Shown: positions 11,334-23,890 of the stretch, in pieces
Position numbering within the stretch: the stretch's first letter is position 1
How the letters are laid out: each line of letters opens with the position of its first letter
Assembly: GCF_009914755.1 (NCBI RefSeq)
Contig: NC_060927.1
DNA length: 64,000 nt
DNA from: the human T2T-CHM13v2.0 reference genome, Homo sapiens
Reading direction: 5' to 3' (one strand)
Position numbers and translations under genes: made by a program
The notes under the pieces: model-generated
Databases searched by the model: none
What the model was told of the DNA's origin: nothing
Seen by the model: the letters and a program-made list of their open reading frames with translations, nothing else

Positions 11334-12674
11334 AGGGATAGACATTTTTTCCGATGGGTTAGATTATGTACATGTGTAAGTGTGATGGGTCCCAGGATGA
11401 ATTTGTGGCACTTTCCCAAAACACCCCTCAAGGGCAGCAGGGTAAAAGGTTTTAGGTCCCAGTGTCTGGTCAGTCTGTGTCCCTGTCCACAGAGTCTGGG
11501 GGAAACCTTGGGGGAGCAACTTAGGAATTTGCAGGGAGCATTTCCTGTCTTGGGGAGGCCTGCCCTCAGGGCTGCCTGAATTCTGGCCCTGCTGTCCCTG
11601 CCCTAAGGCCCTGAGGGTGTGCACTCTTCCTCGGCCTGCCTTCGGCTGTCTGTCAGCAATGATAATGGATCCTGGGGAACCTGGGGTCAGACCGTGGCTC
11701 CATCGCCAGCTCTGTGGCCCTGGGCAAACTGCTCAGCCTCCTTCAGAGCCACTCTCTTCCCCTCCGGAAATGACTCAGGAAATCCTGTGCAGAAATGCCA
11801 GGTACCCAATAGCCAGGCAGCCCTTTTCTGCCCGGAGCTTTCTATAGCCCCTGTGTTGGAAAGGACATAGCCTCAGTCACATTTTCCTCTAATTACAGCC
11901 ACCTGACTGCCGCAGTGCGGAACTGCAGCCTCCAAGGACACGAGGCCAAGCCAGCCTGTCGGAATGCTCCACCGGGACTTGGCTCTGGAGGGCAGGGGAC
12001 CACTAGATCCGGCCAAAATAGGCTCAGAGGCCAGTTTGGAGATGGCCACTGGAGCCAGGCAGGGGGCGTTGTCCTCCCTCCGAAGCTGCAGCACCCCTTG
12101 CTGCTCCCCGCAGCCCAGAATCCAGCTTCAACCAGGAGCCCAGATCTGGGGAGCTTTTCTCATAGAGAATAGCCGGGCAGGGGCAGAGCTGGGAGCCGAG
12201 GGGAGAGGGGAACCAAGACACCAGGTCTCCTGCCCCCAGCCCAGCTGCCCTGGGAGCCTTGGCTGGGTTTTGCACTCTCAAGTGAGGTGGTCAGAGCAGG
12301 AACGAGAAGACCCTGGCCATGAAAGCGCCGGGAATTCCATGGGAACACATGGAAACTGACATGCTGGAAACTAACTGCACACTGGAAACTGACATGAGGA
12401 GGGCGGCTGCCATTCTTGCAGAGCCTAAGAGGCTCCTGAGACCCATGTGGCAGGGGAGACCCAGAGAGGTGGGGTGGCTAATGCAAGTCCTCTCCTGAAG
12501 TTCTGTCAACTGTCTCCGCTCACGCAAGGAACACATTTTCCACAAAGGTGAGGGCAGGGGAGGTGACCAGGGAGGTAGGGCCCAGGACTTCAGGAACCTC
12601 AGCCTGGCCCTGCCCCAAAGGAACCCCCAAAACTTCCACATCAGCCCACACCCTGTCCTCTGAAACCTTCTTAC

Positions 12675-12756
12675 CAGCCCACGCCCCCTCCGTTGTGAAG
12701 GGCGACCCAGGTGGCTCCGCGACAGGCATCTCCCACGAAGTTCTGCACAGCCATGT
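12675..12756 (-). CDS. UROC1: UROC1 exon 18
   Basis: (D)MAVQNFVGDACRGATWVALHNGGGVG(W)|gtaag; 82 nt; HxGGGVG urocanase motif. Confidence 0.97.
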
Positions 12757-13752
12757 CTGCGGAAATAGAGACGCCTCTGCTCATCACCCCCTGCACTGGG
12801 TGGGCACCTGGCTCAGTCAGGCCAGCCTCGCTGGCTAAGCCAGCACTGCTAGGCCGGAAGGATGGGGCGGCAACTAGGCCCTAGGGACAGGGCCTCTCAC
12901 AGCAGCAGTCGTGTGTGCTGGCAGAGCTGGAGCTAGAGTGGGAGAAACTGACACACGTCTAGTTGTCCCATGGTGGCGCTCTCCAGCACTGGGCACCAGC
13001 TAAAGCACTCCGGAAGCAGAGGGAACAGAAGAATTAAAAGGGATGTGGAAACAGTGTTAGTTCAGAGAAGTAGAGTGCCAAAGAGAGTCACTCATATTCT
13101 TAAAAAGGGGGGCAGAGGAGCAAACTGCAAATAATAGGCTTCCCTTGACCCCATTAGGGAACTGAGGTCCCAGGACAACCATCCAACCTGAAACCTGGGG
13201 ACTGAGAGCATCTGCAGAGAGAAACAGAGCCCAAGCCGGTCACCTTATAAGTGTGCAACACATTGCTAAGGGACAGGCGCAGGCCAGCCTGAGACCGTGA
13301 GCCCCTGGGTAGACAGCGGTAAAGGCGTTTGCACCCTCTTGCAGGCTCTTCACCCAAAAATCCCAATGGGTGCCACAGAGAAGATCAGGGAGAACCCTAA
13401 GAATATCCCCCTCCTCTTGGTGCTTGGCTATGAAGATGGGGAAGAGACCAGGAGCCAAAAAAGGCAAGAAATGCAGCTCTAGGATCTGGAAAGGTAAGGA
13501 AACAGCTGGCTGCCCACAGCCTGTAGGTCACCCAAGTCCAGGGCACCCAGCTGGCCCGGTGTGCCTGGCACTTACCGGTTTTACAACTGGAAGTCCCACA
13601 TCCCAGACCCCCTCAGTCCTGGGTTGGTCACTCTATGCCGAGCCTCTCAGGTGCCAGAACATCTTTCGAAACATTGTGACTGACTAAATGCATCAATTTT
13701 TAATAAAATCCAAATCTAAGATGAAAGTTTAAGACATTCTCATCTTCCTCAC

Positions 13753-13852
13753 CTGCACAGAAGGCAGAGCCGTCGTAAATGTTGGAGGTCTCCCTAAAGG
13801 GGCTGTCGGTGCCGCTCACGTCATGGTGATCTCGGCTCAGGACCACCGGCGC
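13753..13852 (-). CDS. UROC1: UROC1 exon 17
   Basis: APVVLSRDHHDVSGTDSPFRETSNIYDGSAFCA|gtgag; 100 nt; RDH-D...SP-RET urocanase motif. Confidence 0.97.
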
Positions 13853-14225
13853 CTGTGCATGGAAGGACAGAAGCTGTCAGCCAACAGTGTCCACCATGGC
13901 TTCCTGGTAAAGACTGAGGACAAGGGGCAGGTCACACCAGAACCCGCTGGATTTCTCCTCCTGGAAAATAGACCCTCTTCACAACTATTTCTGATGTCAT
14001 CTGTAGCCTGGAATAGATTCACGTGTGCCCGGCAGCACTCGTGTGTAATACATGTGTGAGCTCACCGAGCACTCACAGCCACCCTGTTCAGATAGGCACA
14101 ACCATTATCATGCCCACTTCATAGATGAGAAAGCGGAGGCACAGAGAGGAGAAGAAATTTCCCCTATATCACAGAGCGAGTGAGTCGTGAGCTGGGGTTT
14201 AACCCCACACGTGTTATATGCCGGC

Positions 14226-14405
14226 GCTCCTCGTCTTACGATGGTGCTACATCTTAATAAGCCCACTGTACCCTAAGTAAAAAACGACTTAAGAGTATTT
14301 TTAACTTACGATGTATTCATTTGGACGCAACCCCATTGTATGTCGAGGAGAGTACTAAACAAGTGTCACTTCACACCATTGTAAAGCAGAAAAATTGTTA
14401 AGTCC
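14226..14405. mobile_element. Tigger5/MER47-like TcMar DNA transposon relic
   Basis: Imperfect terminal inverted repeats ctcctcgtcttacgatgg (14227) and ccattgtatgtcgaggag (ends 14350). Confidence 0.65.
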
Positions 14406-14881
14406 GAGTGTCCACTTAGTCTGGGCTCAAGCCTCAGGCAGCCTGGCCCCTGACCTGTGCAATAGAGACGTGGCTGGCTGATGGCCTGGAGGTGTTGGAG
14501 GGCCTCACTGGGGGAGTATTTGGCAGTACCTACCATGAGACCTTGGGCAGGTCACTTCCGTCTGGGAATAGCTCTTGGTTTCCTGGATGAGGTAATTGCT
14601 AAGAGCCTTTTCGTGCTGCCAGTCTCTCTGAGGACAAAGACTTTTCGCACAGAGAAAGCATTCATGCTGAGTTTGATTTTTTAATACACTCATCGGCAGC
14701 ACTCCTTGTTCCCCAGGAATCTCCGGCTGCTCAGATACCCAGGAGAGGCAGCCAGCTGCTGCTTTGCCCCCACGAGATGGATGTGGTACAGCCCTGGAAG
14801 TCAGGTAGGGCCATGGCTAAGGGCAGGTCAGCTGACTCCCTTATGCTGTGCATGGGCAGGCCTGCTATGAAAAGGAGTCCT

Positions 14882-15166
14882 GGCCGGGCACAGTGGCTCA
14901 TTCCTGTAATCGTAACACTTCGGGAGGCCAAGGCAGGGGATCACTTGAGGTCAGGAGTTCGAGACCAGCCTGGCCAACATGGCAAAACCCGTCTCCACTA
15001 AAAATACCTAAATTAGCCAGGTGTTGTGGTGCACGCCTGTAATCACAGCTCGTCGGGGAGCTGAGGCATGAGAATCGCTTTAATCTGGGGGGTGGAGGTT
15101 GCAGTGAGCTGAGACCACGCCTGGGCTATGGAGTGAGTCTTTCTCCAAAAAAAAAAAAAGAGGAAA
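14882..15166 (+). mobile_element. AluS-type element with short right-arm deletion
   Basis: Dimeric Alu with poly-A; imperfect target-site duplication gaaaaggagtcct (14869-14881) / gaaaatgagttct (15167-15179). Confidence 0.93.
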
Positions 15167-16456
15167 GAAAATGAGTTCTAACTGGCAATTTAAAAAACAG
15201 AGTGAAGGAACTGGGAGGAACCCTGACTAAAGAGAAGGAGTAGGGGGAGCCGTCGGACACTGCACAGGGAGCATGTCAGCCTGGCTCTGCACCTTTCAGT
15301 CAGGAGAGGGAGCACGCAGGTCAGTATGCAGTTTGCAGTGCACCTGGGGAGCAGCCCAGCTGTTTCAGCTAAGAAGTCCTATTCCTATCACCAGGTCCTG
15401 GAAACTTTTCAGGTAGCGCTGGTTGATGGGCGTGATCTTCCCAACCTCTCCAGGGGATCTCAAAATTTCACAGGCCCCCGTGCCAGAAGATGCATCCTGA
15501 CAAAAGCCTGGGATGCCCTGTGCTCTTGAATGAAGAGGTCTGCCTTTCCCACCTTCAACAGGCCAGGCCTGTTCCCACGTCTTCACCTGTGCAATGAAAC
15601 CACCTTCCCCCAGATATTCTGGCACTTTCTGGCCATTCAGGTCTCAGCTCAACGTTAGCAACTCAGAGAGGCTGTCCTGACCACCGCTCTTCGCCATGTT
15701 CATTTCCTGCACGCCGCTCCTCATCCTCTGAAACCCTGTCGCAATGTGTGCCTTCAGCTTTACGTCAGTCACCCTTCACCACACTACACGGGTCTGTCTT
15801 GTTCTCTGCTGTGTCCCTGGTGGTTAGGACACGCTGCACAGTGGCCATGCTCAGCCAAGCACTGTCCAGTGAATGGACACATGCTTACTGACCCCTTTCT
15901 GCTGGCCAGCTGACCGCAGCCCGGGGCGAGTGCGCCTGGAGCTTCCTAGCAGTCCCCGGGAACACCTGGGCTTCCAGGAAGCACTGGGTGGGTGCATTTG
16001 GCTGTGCCCTAGCAGGGCTGGCTACTGCCTTTGCTGCCGGTGCCAGCCCCAGAATCATGCCAGGGCAGTCTTCATACCTCTGTCCCAATGTCTATCTTAC
16101 ACCTGACCAGTAACATTCCTGGCACTTCTGAAAAGAGAGACGCCCGCAAGAACTCTGTGGCAGGAGGAGCCAGAGCCCCTCGGAGCAAGCATGCCCAGGG
16201 TTCCGTCCTCGAGACGGGCTTGGCGATTGGCAAAATGAGCAAAAGCTAGGGAAGTTTGCCATTGCTTGAGAAAAGGGAACTCCATAAAGATGTTTAAAGT
16301 TACTTTGTGGAAGCTGACTCACTCAATCCTCACACACATGCTTTTTAGTCTCTTTTCACAGAAGAGGGAAACCAAGGCTCGGAGAGGGCTACGGACCTGC
16401 CCAAGGTCACACAGCAGGGAACAATGATGGGGCCTGACACACACAGAGCAGGGTCC

Positions 16457-17347
16457 CCAGACACCTCACCCAATCCCAGATTATCCCCAGAGGGGCCTTG
16501 GAGCCCCTGAGCCACCTATGCTTCAGGGAGGTTACCTATTTCAAGCACTGCTCCTGCTCCCCCAGGCCCTCCTTCCCACCACCCCCTCACAGCCGCCTTA
16601 CCCTTGCCTCCCCAGCAGAGCCCTACTACTCAGCTGGTCCCAGGGACCAAAACCTTCAGCAAAACCTGATCTCCCTAAAGAGGGGGAAGTTTGGGCCTCA
16701 GCCATGGAAGAGCTAAGCTCCCGGGAGGGGCTGGTCCACTGCTCCTGAGCACTGGGCTGCTGAGGCCCAACGGGGGTGTCTCCCCACCCAGAAGGCTGTG
16801 GGGTGCAGCCGAGGCACACGCAGGAAGGCCCAAGGCAGGAAAGGCAGTGGGAAGAGGCTGAGGGATGCTTCCCCCAGAGCACAGGACACCTCACCTTGAT
16901 CCTCCTGCAGGCGATGGCCTGGTTAATGGCCACAGCGATGGCCACGCGGCCCTTCTGGTCTGAGTACAGGATCCTTGCCTGGGAGCCCACCACCTGAGGA
17001 GAGAAGGGCAACTGGCATCTCAGCCAACATAGGCAGCAATAACAGGACCTGGGGTGCAGGGAGACACGGGTGGCACTTCCACTGTGGGACATGGCCCTTG
17101 GCAGCCTGAGCGCCTCTCTAACAAGGTCCAGGAGGACCCCCAGGGTGCATGGTAGCTCTCAAATCTGTGGCCTGAGGTGAGCCCCCACATTCAGCCCACT
17201 AGACAGCCATACCGGCCCCACATGTCCACTGTAGTCTGGGCCTCCAGACACCTCCCCCAATCCCAGATTATCCCCAGAGGGGCCTTGGAGCCCCTGAGCC
17301 ATCTGTGCTCCAGGGAGGTTACCTATTGCGAGCACTGCTCCTGCTCC
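16457..17347. repeat. Pair of 104-bp direct repeats (16457-16560 and 17244-17347) flanking UROC1 exon 16
   Basis: Ungapped match with 6 mismatches by eye; offset 787 bp. Confidence 0.93.
16895..16993 (-). CDS. UROC1: UROC1 exon 16
   Basis: VVGSQARILYSDQKGRVAIAVAINQAIACRRIK|gtgag; 99 nt, phase 0-0. Confidence 0.97.
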
Positions 17348-17655
17348 ATCCCACAGTGATGACATCAACGCCATCCAGGGCAAGTTTGCGTTGGGCCTGC
17401 CCCACTCTCAGTGTGCCATACAGCCTCTTGTCTGTGAGTCTTATGGGAAGATACTGTCATCCTCATCATAAGCTCCATTTTCCAGATGAGGAAATGGCCC
17501 CAAGAGGTGGAGCCACCTGTCTACAGGTTGACCTTGGGCCCTCTGTCTGTCTGCTGCACCCACGAGCTCAGCCACCCAGTGATCGCATCTCCTGACAGTA
17601 ATGGGTGGTTGTCCCCGGGAGACAGCTTCAGCGCATGAAATGAGTCACTGTGTAG

Positions 17656-18303
17656 CCCCGCGGTCCTCAAGCAGGATGACATTTGGCAATGACTGAAGAC
17701 ATTTTTGGGTGCTGCTGGCATGGGTCGGGATGCTGCTAAATACTCTACAACGGCCCCCGTGATGAAGAAGCCCCCAATGACTCCAAGAGATATGTGCACA
17801 CACACGTTCACAGCAGCATGACAACAGCTGAGAGGTGGAGGCGACCTGGGTATCCAGCGTGGTGCACGGATGAACCAAACGTGGTCTGTCCATACAGTGG
17901 ATTGTGATTCAGCCTTAAAAGGAAGGAAATTCCAACCCATGCTACAACATGGATGGATGAACCCTGAAGACATTATGATAGGAGAAATAAGTCAGACACA
18001 AAAGGACAAACACTGTCTGATCTCGCTTATATGAGGTTGTTGAGTGCCAGGGGCCGTGGGAGTAGAATGGGGAGTTAGTGTTTAATGGGGACAGAGTTTT
18101 GGTTTGGGAAGGTGAAAAAGCTCTGAGATGGATGGTGGTGATGGCTGCACAGCAGTATGAATGTGCTTGAAGCCACTGCACTGCACACTCAAAAATGGCA
18201 AAGATGGTTAAGATGGTAAATTTTACGTTTATGTATAATTTACCATAATTAAAGAAAATTTGTACAGCCCCAAATGTCAGTACGCTGAGGCTGAGAAACC
18301 CTG
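17656..18303 (+). mobile_element. MER20 (hAT-Charlie) split by an L1M 3'-end insertion (~17770-18262)
   Basis: MER20 5' part gacatttggcaatgactgaagacatttttgg...gggatgctgctaaatac; MER20 3' end cccaaatgtcagtacgctgaggctgagaaaccctg; L1 3'UTR motifs (acaacatggatggatgaaccctgaagacattatg) in between. Confidence 0.75.
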
Positions 18304-19669
18304 GTTTCTCCAAAGAAGATGCAGGTGTCTGCCCCAGTTGCTGGTGAGCTCGACCAGGAGCCGGTAAAAGGCAGCAGGGCCGGGCCACGGAAGCAGCTGT
18401 GCACCTGACCGCAAGCTCAGCTTTGGCCGGGACAATGAGTCTAGCTGCTTCTTCCTCCCTCATGGGTTCCTAGAGAACAGGATTATTTTACTCACACCAG
18501 CTGCCTCAAATCCTTTTCAGAAAAACTACTCGTGTGAATCAGCACTGCAGAGATTTTCAGATTTTTTGGATCCAGAAAAAAATTGGTGAGGAACTGACAT
18601 AGGATTGCCCACTTTGTCAAGAGGGTACATTAAAAGAAAATAAATCAAAAAATTTTAAAAGGCAACCTTCTGCAGTCACCATTCAGAAGAGAAAGCAACA
18701 GTAAGTATCAGGAGGCACACGATCTCCAGGGGACTTTAAGTCAAAGCAGACGCACCCTGCTTGCAGCTCCAGCTGCAGCATCCACCCCTTACACCCTCAA
18801 CTCTGGCACCTCCCACGGCCCCTTCTCAGCCATGCTGGCATCCATCCTCTCAGGCTATCCCCCCTCTCTTCTCCACCCCATCTCTGCACTGACCCTGCAG
18901 CTCCAGCCTCCGAGTCTTGGCCTTGGCATCTCTGACTCAGCACCGTCACAGAGATGCTGTTGGCACGGGGACTCTGAGGCTGGATACAAATGCAAACCAT
19001 TGCGTATGGATGAGACAGCCCAGGACAGGGGCAGGCCTCTCCTGGCCCTGGGACTCCTGGGCCAAGACCCACTAGTTCAGACACGGTCCATGGCCAAAGG
19101 TGTATGAACCAAATGCCCACTTTTTCTTCTGTTTTGTCCTCATTACACCCAGTCTACTGCCACCGTGGGGCCTGTGTACAGGCTGGGGCTTGTGCAAGGG
19201 CTGGTCCCTCTGCCTCGATTGTCACATGGTTGCAACCCTCTCAGCATGTAGACCTGGATGCACATGCTGGACCCCTTCCCTGGCCATTCTGTGTGAGGCA
19301 GCCCCACCCACCCCTCCCTGCTGGTGCTTTCCTGCACACACACCCAGCAGAAACTGGGCAAGACTCATCTGTTAGCTCAGCCTCACAACACACCCCCTGT
19401 ACAAGCAGGGCCACAGGGGCCTGCTCCAAACACTGCCACCACCGTCTCCGCTTTGCAGATGAGGGCGTGGCGCTCAGAGAGGCTGAACCACTCACCCCAG
19501 GTCACACAGCTGAGGATACGGGAGGCTTCTCAGGCCCAGGCAGCCTGGCTCTAGAGCCCAAACTCTTTCCTCTGCAGGGCTGCCTCTATTTGTTGAGTAA
19601 CAGGATGAAGAACGACCTGCCCAACTCTAGTCGCTGCCCCAGAGCCCCAGGCCACTTTCCCCCTCTACG

Positions 19670-20285
19670 TTTTAAATTATAAAATATACATACATAAAAT
19701 GTACCATCTTAACCATTTCTAAGTACACAGTTTAGTGGTATTAAGTCGATTCATAATGTAAAACCATTGCCCCATCCATCTCCCCATTCCACATCCCCCA
19801 GCCCCTGGCACCCACCATTCTGCTTTCTGTCTCTATGAATTTGACTGCTCTAGGGACCTCATAGACATGGAACCATGCAGTATTTGTCCTTTTGTGACTG
19901 GGTTATTTCACTTAGCATGGTGTCCTCCAGGTTCATCCATGTTGTCACGTGTGTCAGCACTCCCTTCCGTTTGAGGCCGAGTCATATTCCATCTCATGGT
20001 TAACCCACACTTTGTTTATCCATTCGTCCATCAGGGAACACCTGGGTGGCTTCCGCAGCTTAGCCATTGTGAATAGTGCTGCTGTGAACATGGGCGTGCA
20101 AGTATCTCTCTGAGTCCTTGCTTCCAATTTTTTGGGCTACACATCCAGAAGTGGAATTGCTGGGTCATAGGGTAATTCTATTTTTGATTTTTTGCAGAAG
20201 CTTCCTCCTGATTTCCATGTGGCTGCACCATTTCACCAACAATGCACAAGGGTTCCAAATTCTCCGTGTCCTCTCCCAGGCCACC
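19670..20285 (-). mobile_element. L1M 3'-end fragment
   Basis: gtatttgtccttttgtgactgggttatttcacttagcatggtgtcctccaggttcatccatgttg and agaagtggaattgctgggtcatagggtaattcta. Confidence 0.85.
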
Positions 20286-20518
20286 CTTTAAAGGTCCCCG
20301 GCTTCTTTCTCCAGCAGCCCCTTGGGCTGCTTCCCCTCCCAGTGTGGCCACCATGGGGCTGGCACAAACAGTCACACAGGATCTGGTGTGTGCACCCTCT
20401 CAGGGCTTGGCAAGCTGGAGGCTGTGGACCAGGCTGAGCGCCCGTCAGCAGCACCTCACCTTTGGGCAGTCTTCTGACAGCACAGCCACCCCAGCCTCCC
20501 CCAGGCCTGGGCCCTCAC

Positions 20519-20589
20519 CAGCCGGTGCCTGGCGGCCTCCCGGATCCAGCGGATGTTGTCCATGTACTGCAGCTTCACAGACACCTTCA
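20519..20589 (-). CDS. UROC1: UROC1 exon 15
   Basis: (V)KVSVKLQYMDNIRWIREAARHRL|gtgag; 71 nt. Confidence 0.96.
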
Positions 20590-22531
20590 CTGCAGGAGAG
20601 AGGACAGCAGGCGTCAGAGACCCTCCAGGGGCACAGACCTGCCCTCAGGCAGGCTGCTCAGCTCAGCACAGACCCTGCCCCGAGCCCACCACTGAGCTAG
20701 GACACAAGGTGAGGGAGCCCACCCCACCCCACCCCTGCCTTTGTGAACTTGGGGACCAGCAGTGCCAGTGGCCCCATGAATTAATAATGCACAGCCGTGC
20801 AGCGCACTGCCTGATGCACTCGGTCCCTCCACAAATAGCTATTCAGTGCCTACTATACACCAACACTGAGCAAGGCACCAGGAACAAAGACCGCTGTGGG
20901 CCGTGAGGAACACAGGACTGTGTTGAGGGCTCCCCAGGATGGTGGATGCGGGGGCTTTCTGAGGAAGTGGCCATCAAGCTGAGTCTAAAGGCTGGGAAGG
21001 AACCGGACAAGGAAGCTCTGAGGGAACAGCCTTCCAGGCAGAGGGAACAGTCAGTGCAAAGGCCCTGAGGTGAAAATAAACTTGGCCTATGCAGGAGCTA
21101 CCTGGCCAAGCTCACGGAGTATGTGTGCATGTGAGAGGGCACAGGAGCCAGCCTGACCAGCTCGTGAAAGCAGACTGGTAATTTTCCAGAAATTGTGGGA
21201 GCCAGTGGTTAACATAAATATCATTAAAATTTTAAATAAGCTTACACTTTTACCAAATTATATTAAAATGAAGGTAATAGAAATCCCTCACTCCTGTGAC
21301 TTCACAGCCTTCGACTAGAGTATCTGCCTGGGGGAGATGCCGCAGGGCATGTGCTGCGGGCATGTGGAGCTGGGTCAGCACGCCTGGAAACCAGCCAGGC
21401 CTGGAGTCTTTACTCCAGGGTCTTCGTGGGTGCAGCAGCTCAGGGCTTCTTTCCGGAGGGCTGGTCGTTCCCCACTGGCTGCCTGCTGTTCTCACACCAG
21501 GGAAGCCCAGGAGACATCTGACCAGACCCCCAGGAGAAGGCCCCTGCTTCCCCTGCCCTCCTGCCTGGGCCCCTGCCCGCCTCCTCCTCCACAGGTGACC
21601 ACGTCTCCCCTCTGCCTGGCTCTCCTACTCTGAGTCTGTGTAACCTGGGCCCCTGCCCAGCCCACCGAACATGGCCAGCAGCAGGGTGTAAGGGCCCTAG
21701 AGATGTGAAGCACACAGCAGAGGCTGGTGAACCACACAGAAAAGCCACCCGACCTGCAGGAAAGCTGCAGAGAGACCGGGGTAAGAACTGCAACAACAGA
21801 GGAAGTGTCATAAAATAACCATGAAACAACAACGTCAGACCCACTCAACGAGAACAAAGGTTGGTTAAAACCCAGGCAGGCCATGTAGACATGGAAAAAC
21901 ACAACCCTCTGGCAGAACCAACACTCAGCATCAGCAAAACCCAGGATGAACATGGGGGACCCTGATGCAGAGGAGACCCTTGTGGACCTGGCAGGCGTGG
22001 AAGGCTGGCGGGAGCATGTGGAGACAGCTTCATCATGGAAGACAGCAAGAAGGAACTAGAAGCACTGCTGTCAGCACTGCCCTGGCCACGTGGAGGGGGA
22101 GGCTGGGTCTGAGAGGGACTGTGGTGTGCTGCGGGCTGCCCAGAAAGCCTGGCCCCGGCCACTGCTGCCTGGCCACCCTAGCCCTGGACCGTCCTGCTTC
22201 AGCCGCTTTGAGGGGCTTTCTGTCACTCGCAGCCAGAGGTCCTCACTGGCAGAGCCCAGGACAGCTCTGGAGGGCAGAGGCTTGGTGTGGGTGGGGCCTG
22301 TGCCTCCACGGCTGAGAACGACACTTGGGGACCAGGATCTTTGCAACTCACTCAAGTTTCTTTAAGTCCCTTTGTGTTGCCAGCTGAGCACCCACCAGAC
22401 TCACAAAGTCATCTGCGCCCAGGTTCCCTCCCAGAATTAGCTAGGTGGGCCTGCTATAGAAGCTTGTCTCTATGGAGGCAGAAGCTTTGGGGGGGCCACC
22501 CACCCATGGGCATCCCCACCAATGGCGTCAC

Positions 22532-22653
22532 CTCCATCAGCAATGGCTTCCTCCAGCACAGATGTGGCCAGTTCGTCTGTGACCGCCAGGTCCTGGGGGT
22601 CCCCCGATGTGCACACCCAGCGGAAAGGCCCAAATCCCTGGGAGAATATGTCC
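22532..22653 (-). CDS. UROC1: UROC1 exon 14
   Basis: (G)DIFSQGFGPFRWVCTSGDPQDLAVTDELATSVLEEAIADG; 122 nt; GPFRW motif, Arg450 codon CGC at 22622-22620. Confidence 0.97.
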
Positions 22654-23817
22654 CTGCAAGCACAGATGCCTCCTCACCCTGGGCCCGCTGGCTTGTTGGG
22701 GGAGGGGGTGCAGGTGTGAGCATGCCAGGGAGGAGGGCTCAGCATCCAGAAGTCAGGTGTGGAACCCCCTAAGCTGTCATTGGACAGAAAGTTCCAGGGG
22801 CCTCCCTGTCCCCTCTCTGTGTCCCAGTGCCCCCAGCCCTCCATCCCTGCCTCCTGGCTGTACCATCTCTAGCTACAGGAGTGGGGAGCTGGGACCTGGG
22901 CAAACAGAAATGACCCCAATTGCTGTTACAGATGACAAGAAAATCCGTCACCTAAAAGTGACAGTCACATTGAGAGGAGAGTCAACCTGGGGCTGTAGCC
23001 TTGGGGAACTCGCCCTAGGTGAGCTTATCTTCCCAGGAGCCAGGCTCCAGGACAGGGCTGTCCTGGGGGGAGGATGCCGTGGCCTGGGCCCTCCCTGGGC
23101 TCCTGCACTTGCTAGGCCAGGGGGTGCCTCCTCCTGGGCAGCCCTCCCTCTCCGGAGAGTGCCAGCTGACAGTGCTCAGCCCCTCCCACCTCTGCACCCC
23201 ACAGTGAGCTTGACAGTAAGTGGCATTTGCCTTTCTCACCTCCATCTCTCTCTCGTCCCATGTGGCACCCACTGAGGACTGGCACATCTTCCAAAAGTCA
23301 TGTGGTCCCTCCTGCCCCCAGCAGAAAGCCCAGACTTCTCAGCTTGGCCCAGGCTCCTCTCTGGCTCCCGCCCTCATCCCCTGCTTGTCCTGGGCTGCTG
23401 GCCTTCCCTAGACCTGCACCCCCATGGCCAGAGAGGCCCACGACCCCCAGGGCCACAGCAGGTGCTGGGCTTCATGATCCAGCCATCAGCCACCCACGAG
23501 GGCCTGTGAAGACATATTATTCAGGTGCAGTTGTTTGCCAGGAAGTGGCCTCAGCCTCTAGGCCCCGCAGCCCCCTGTTCTCACTGAGGCCCTGCAGGAG
23601 GCGTCTCTCGTCTGCATTTCCTCCTCACCTGCCTGTCTGTGGTGGAAAACCCATGGACAGAGCCTGGCCACTTTGGGGCAGTGTGGAGGTCTCAGCGCAT
23701 GACCTCAGGGGCGGTCAGAGGCTGAAGCTTCTCCAACCTAAATACCCAGGACGCAGACCCTGAACGGGGCAGGGGTGGCACTGGGCACACTAGATGTGGC
23801 AGCCACCCATCACTCAC

Positions 23818-23890
23818 CCCATGATGTGCTGCACATAGGAAGGGTAGCGGAACTCTGTCCTGCCAGCACCTTTCTTCTCCACATCCGCTC
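23818..23890 (-). CDS. UROC1: UROC1 exon 13
   Basis: (G)ADVEKKGAGRTEFRYPSYVQHIM(G)|gtgagt; 73 nt. Confidence 0.96.
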
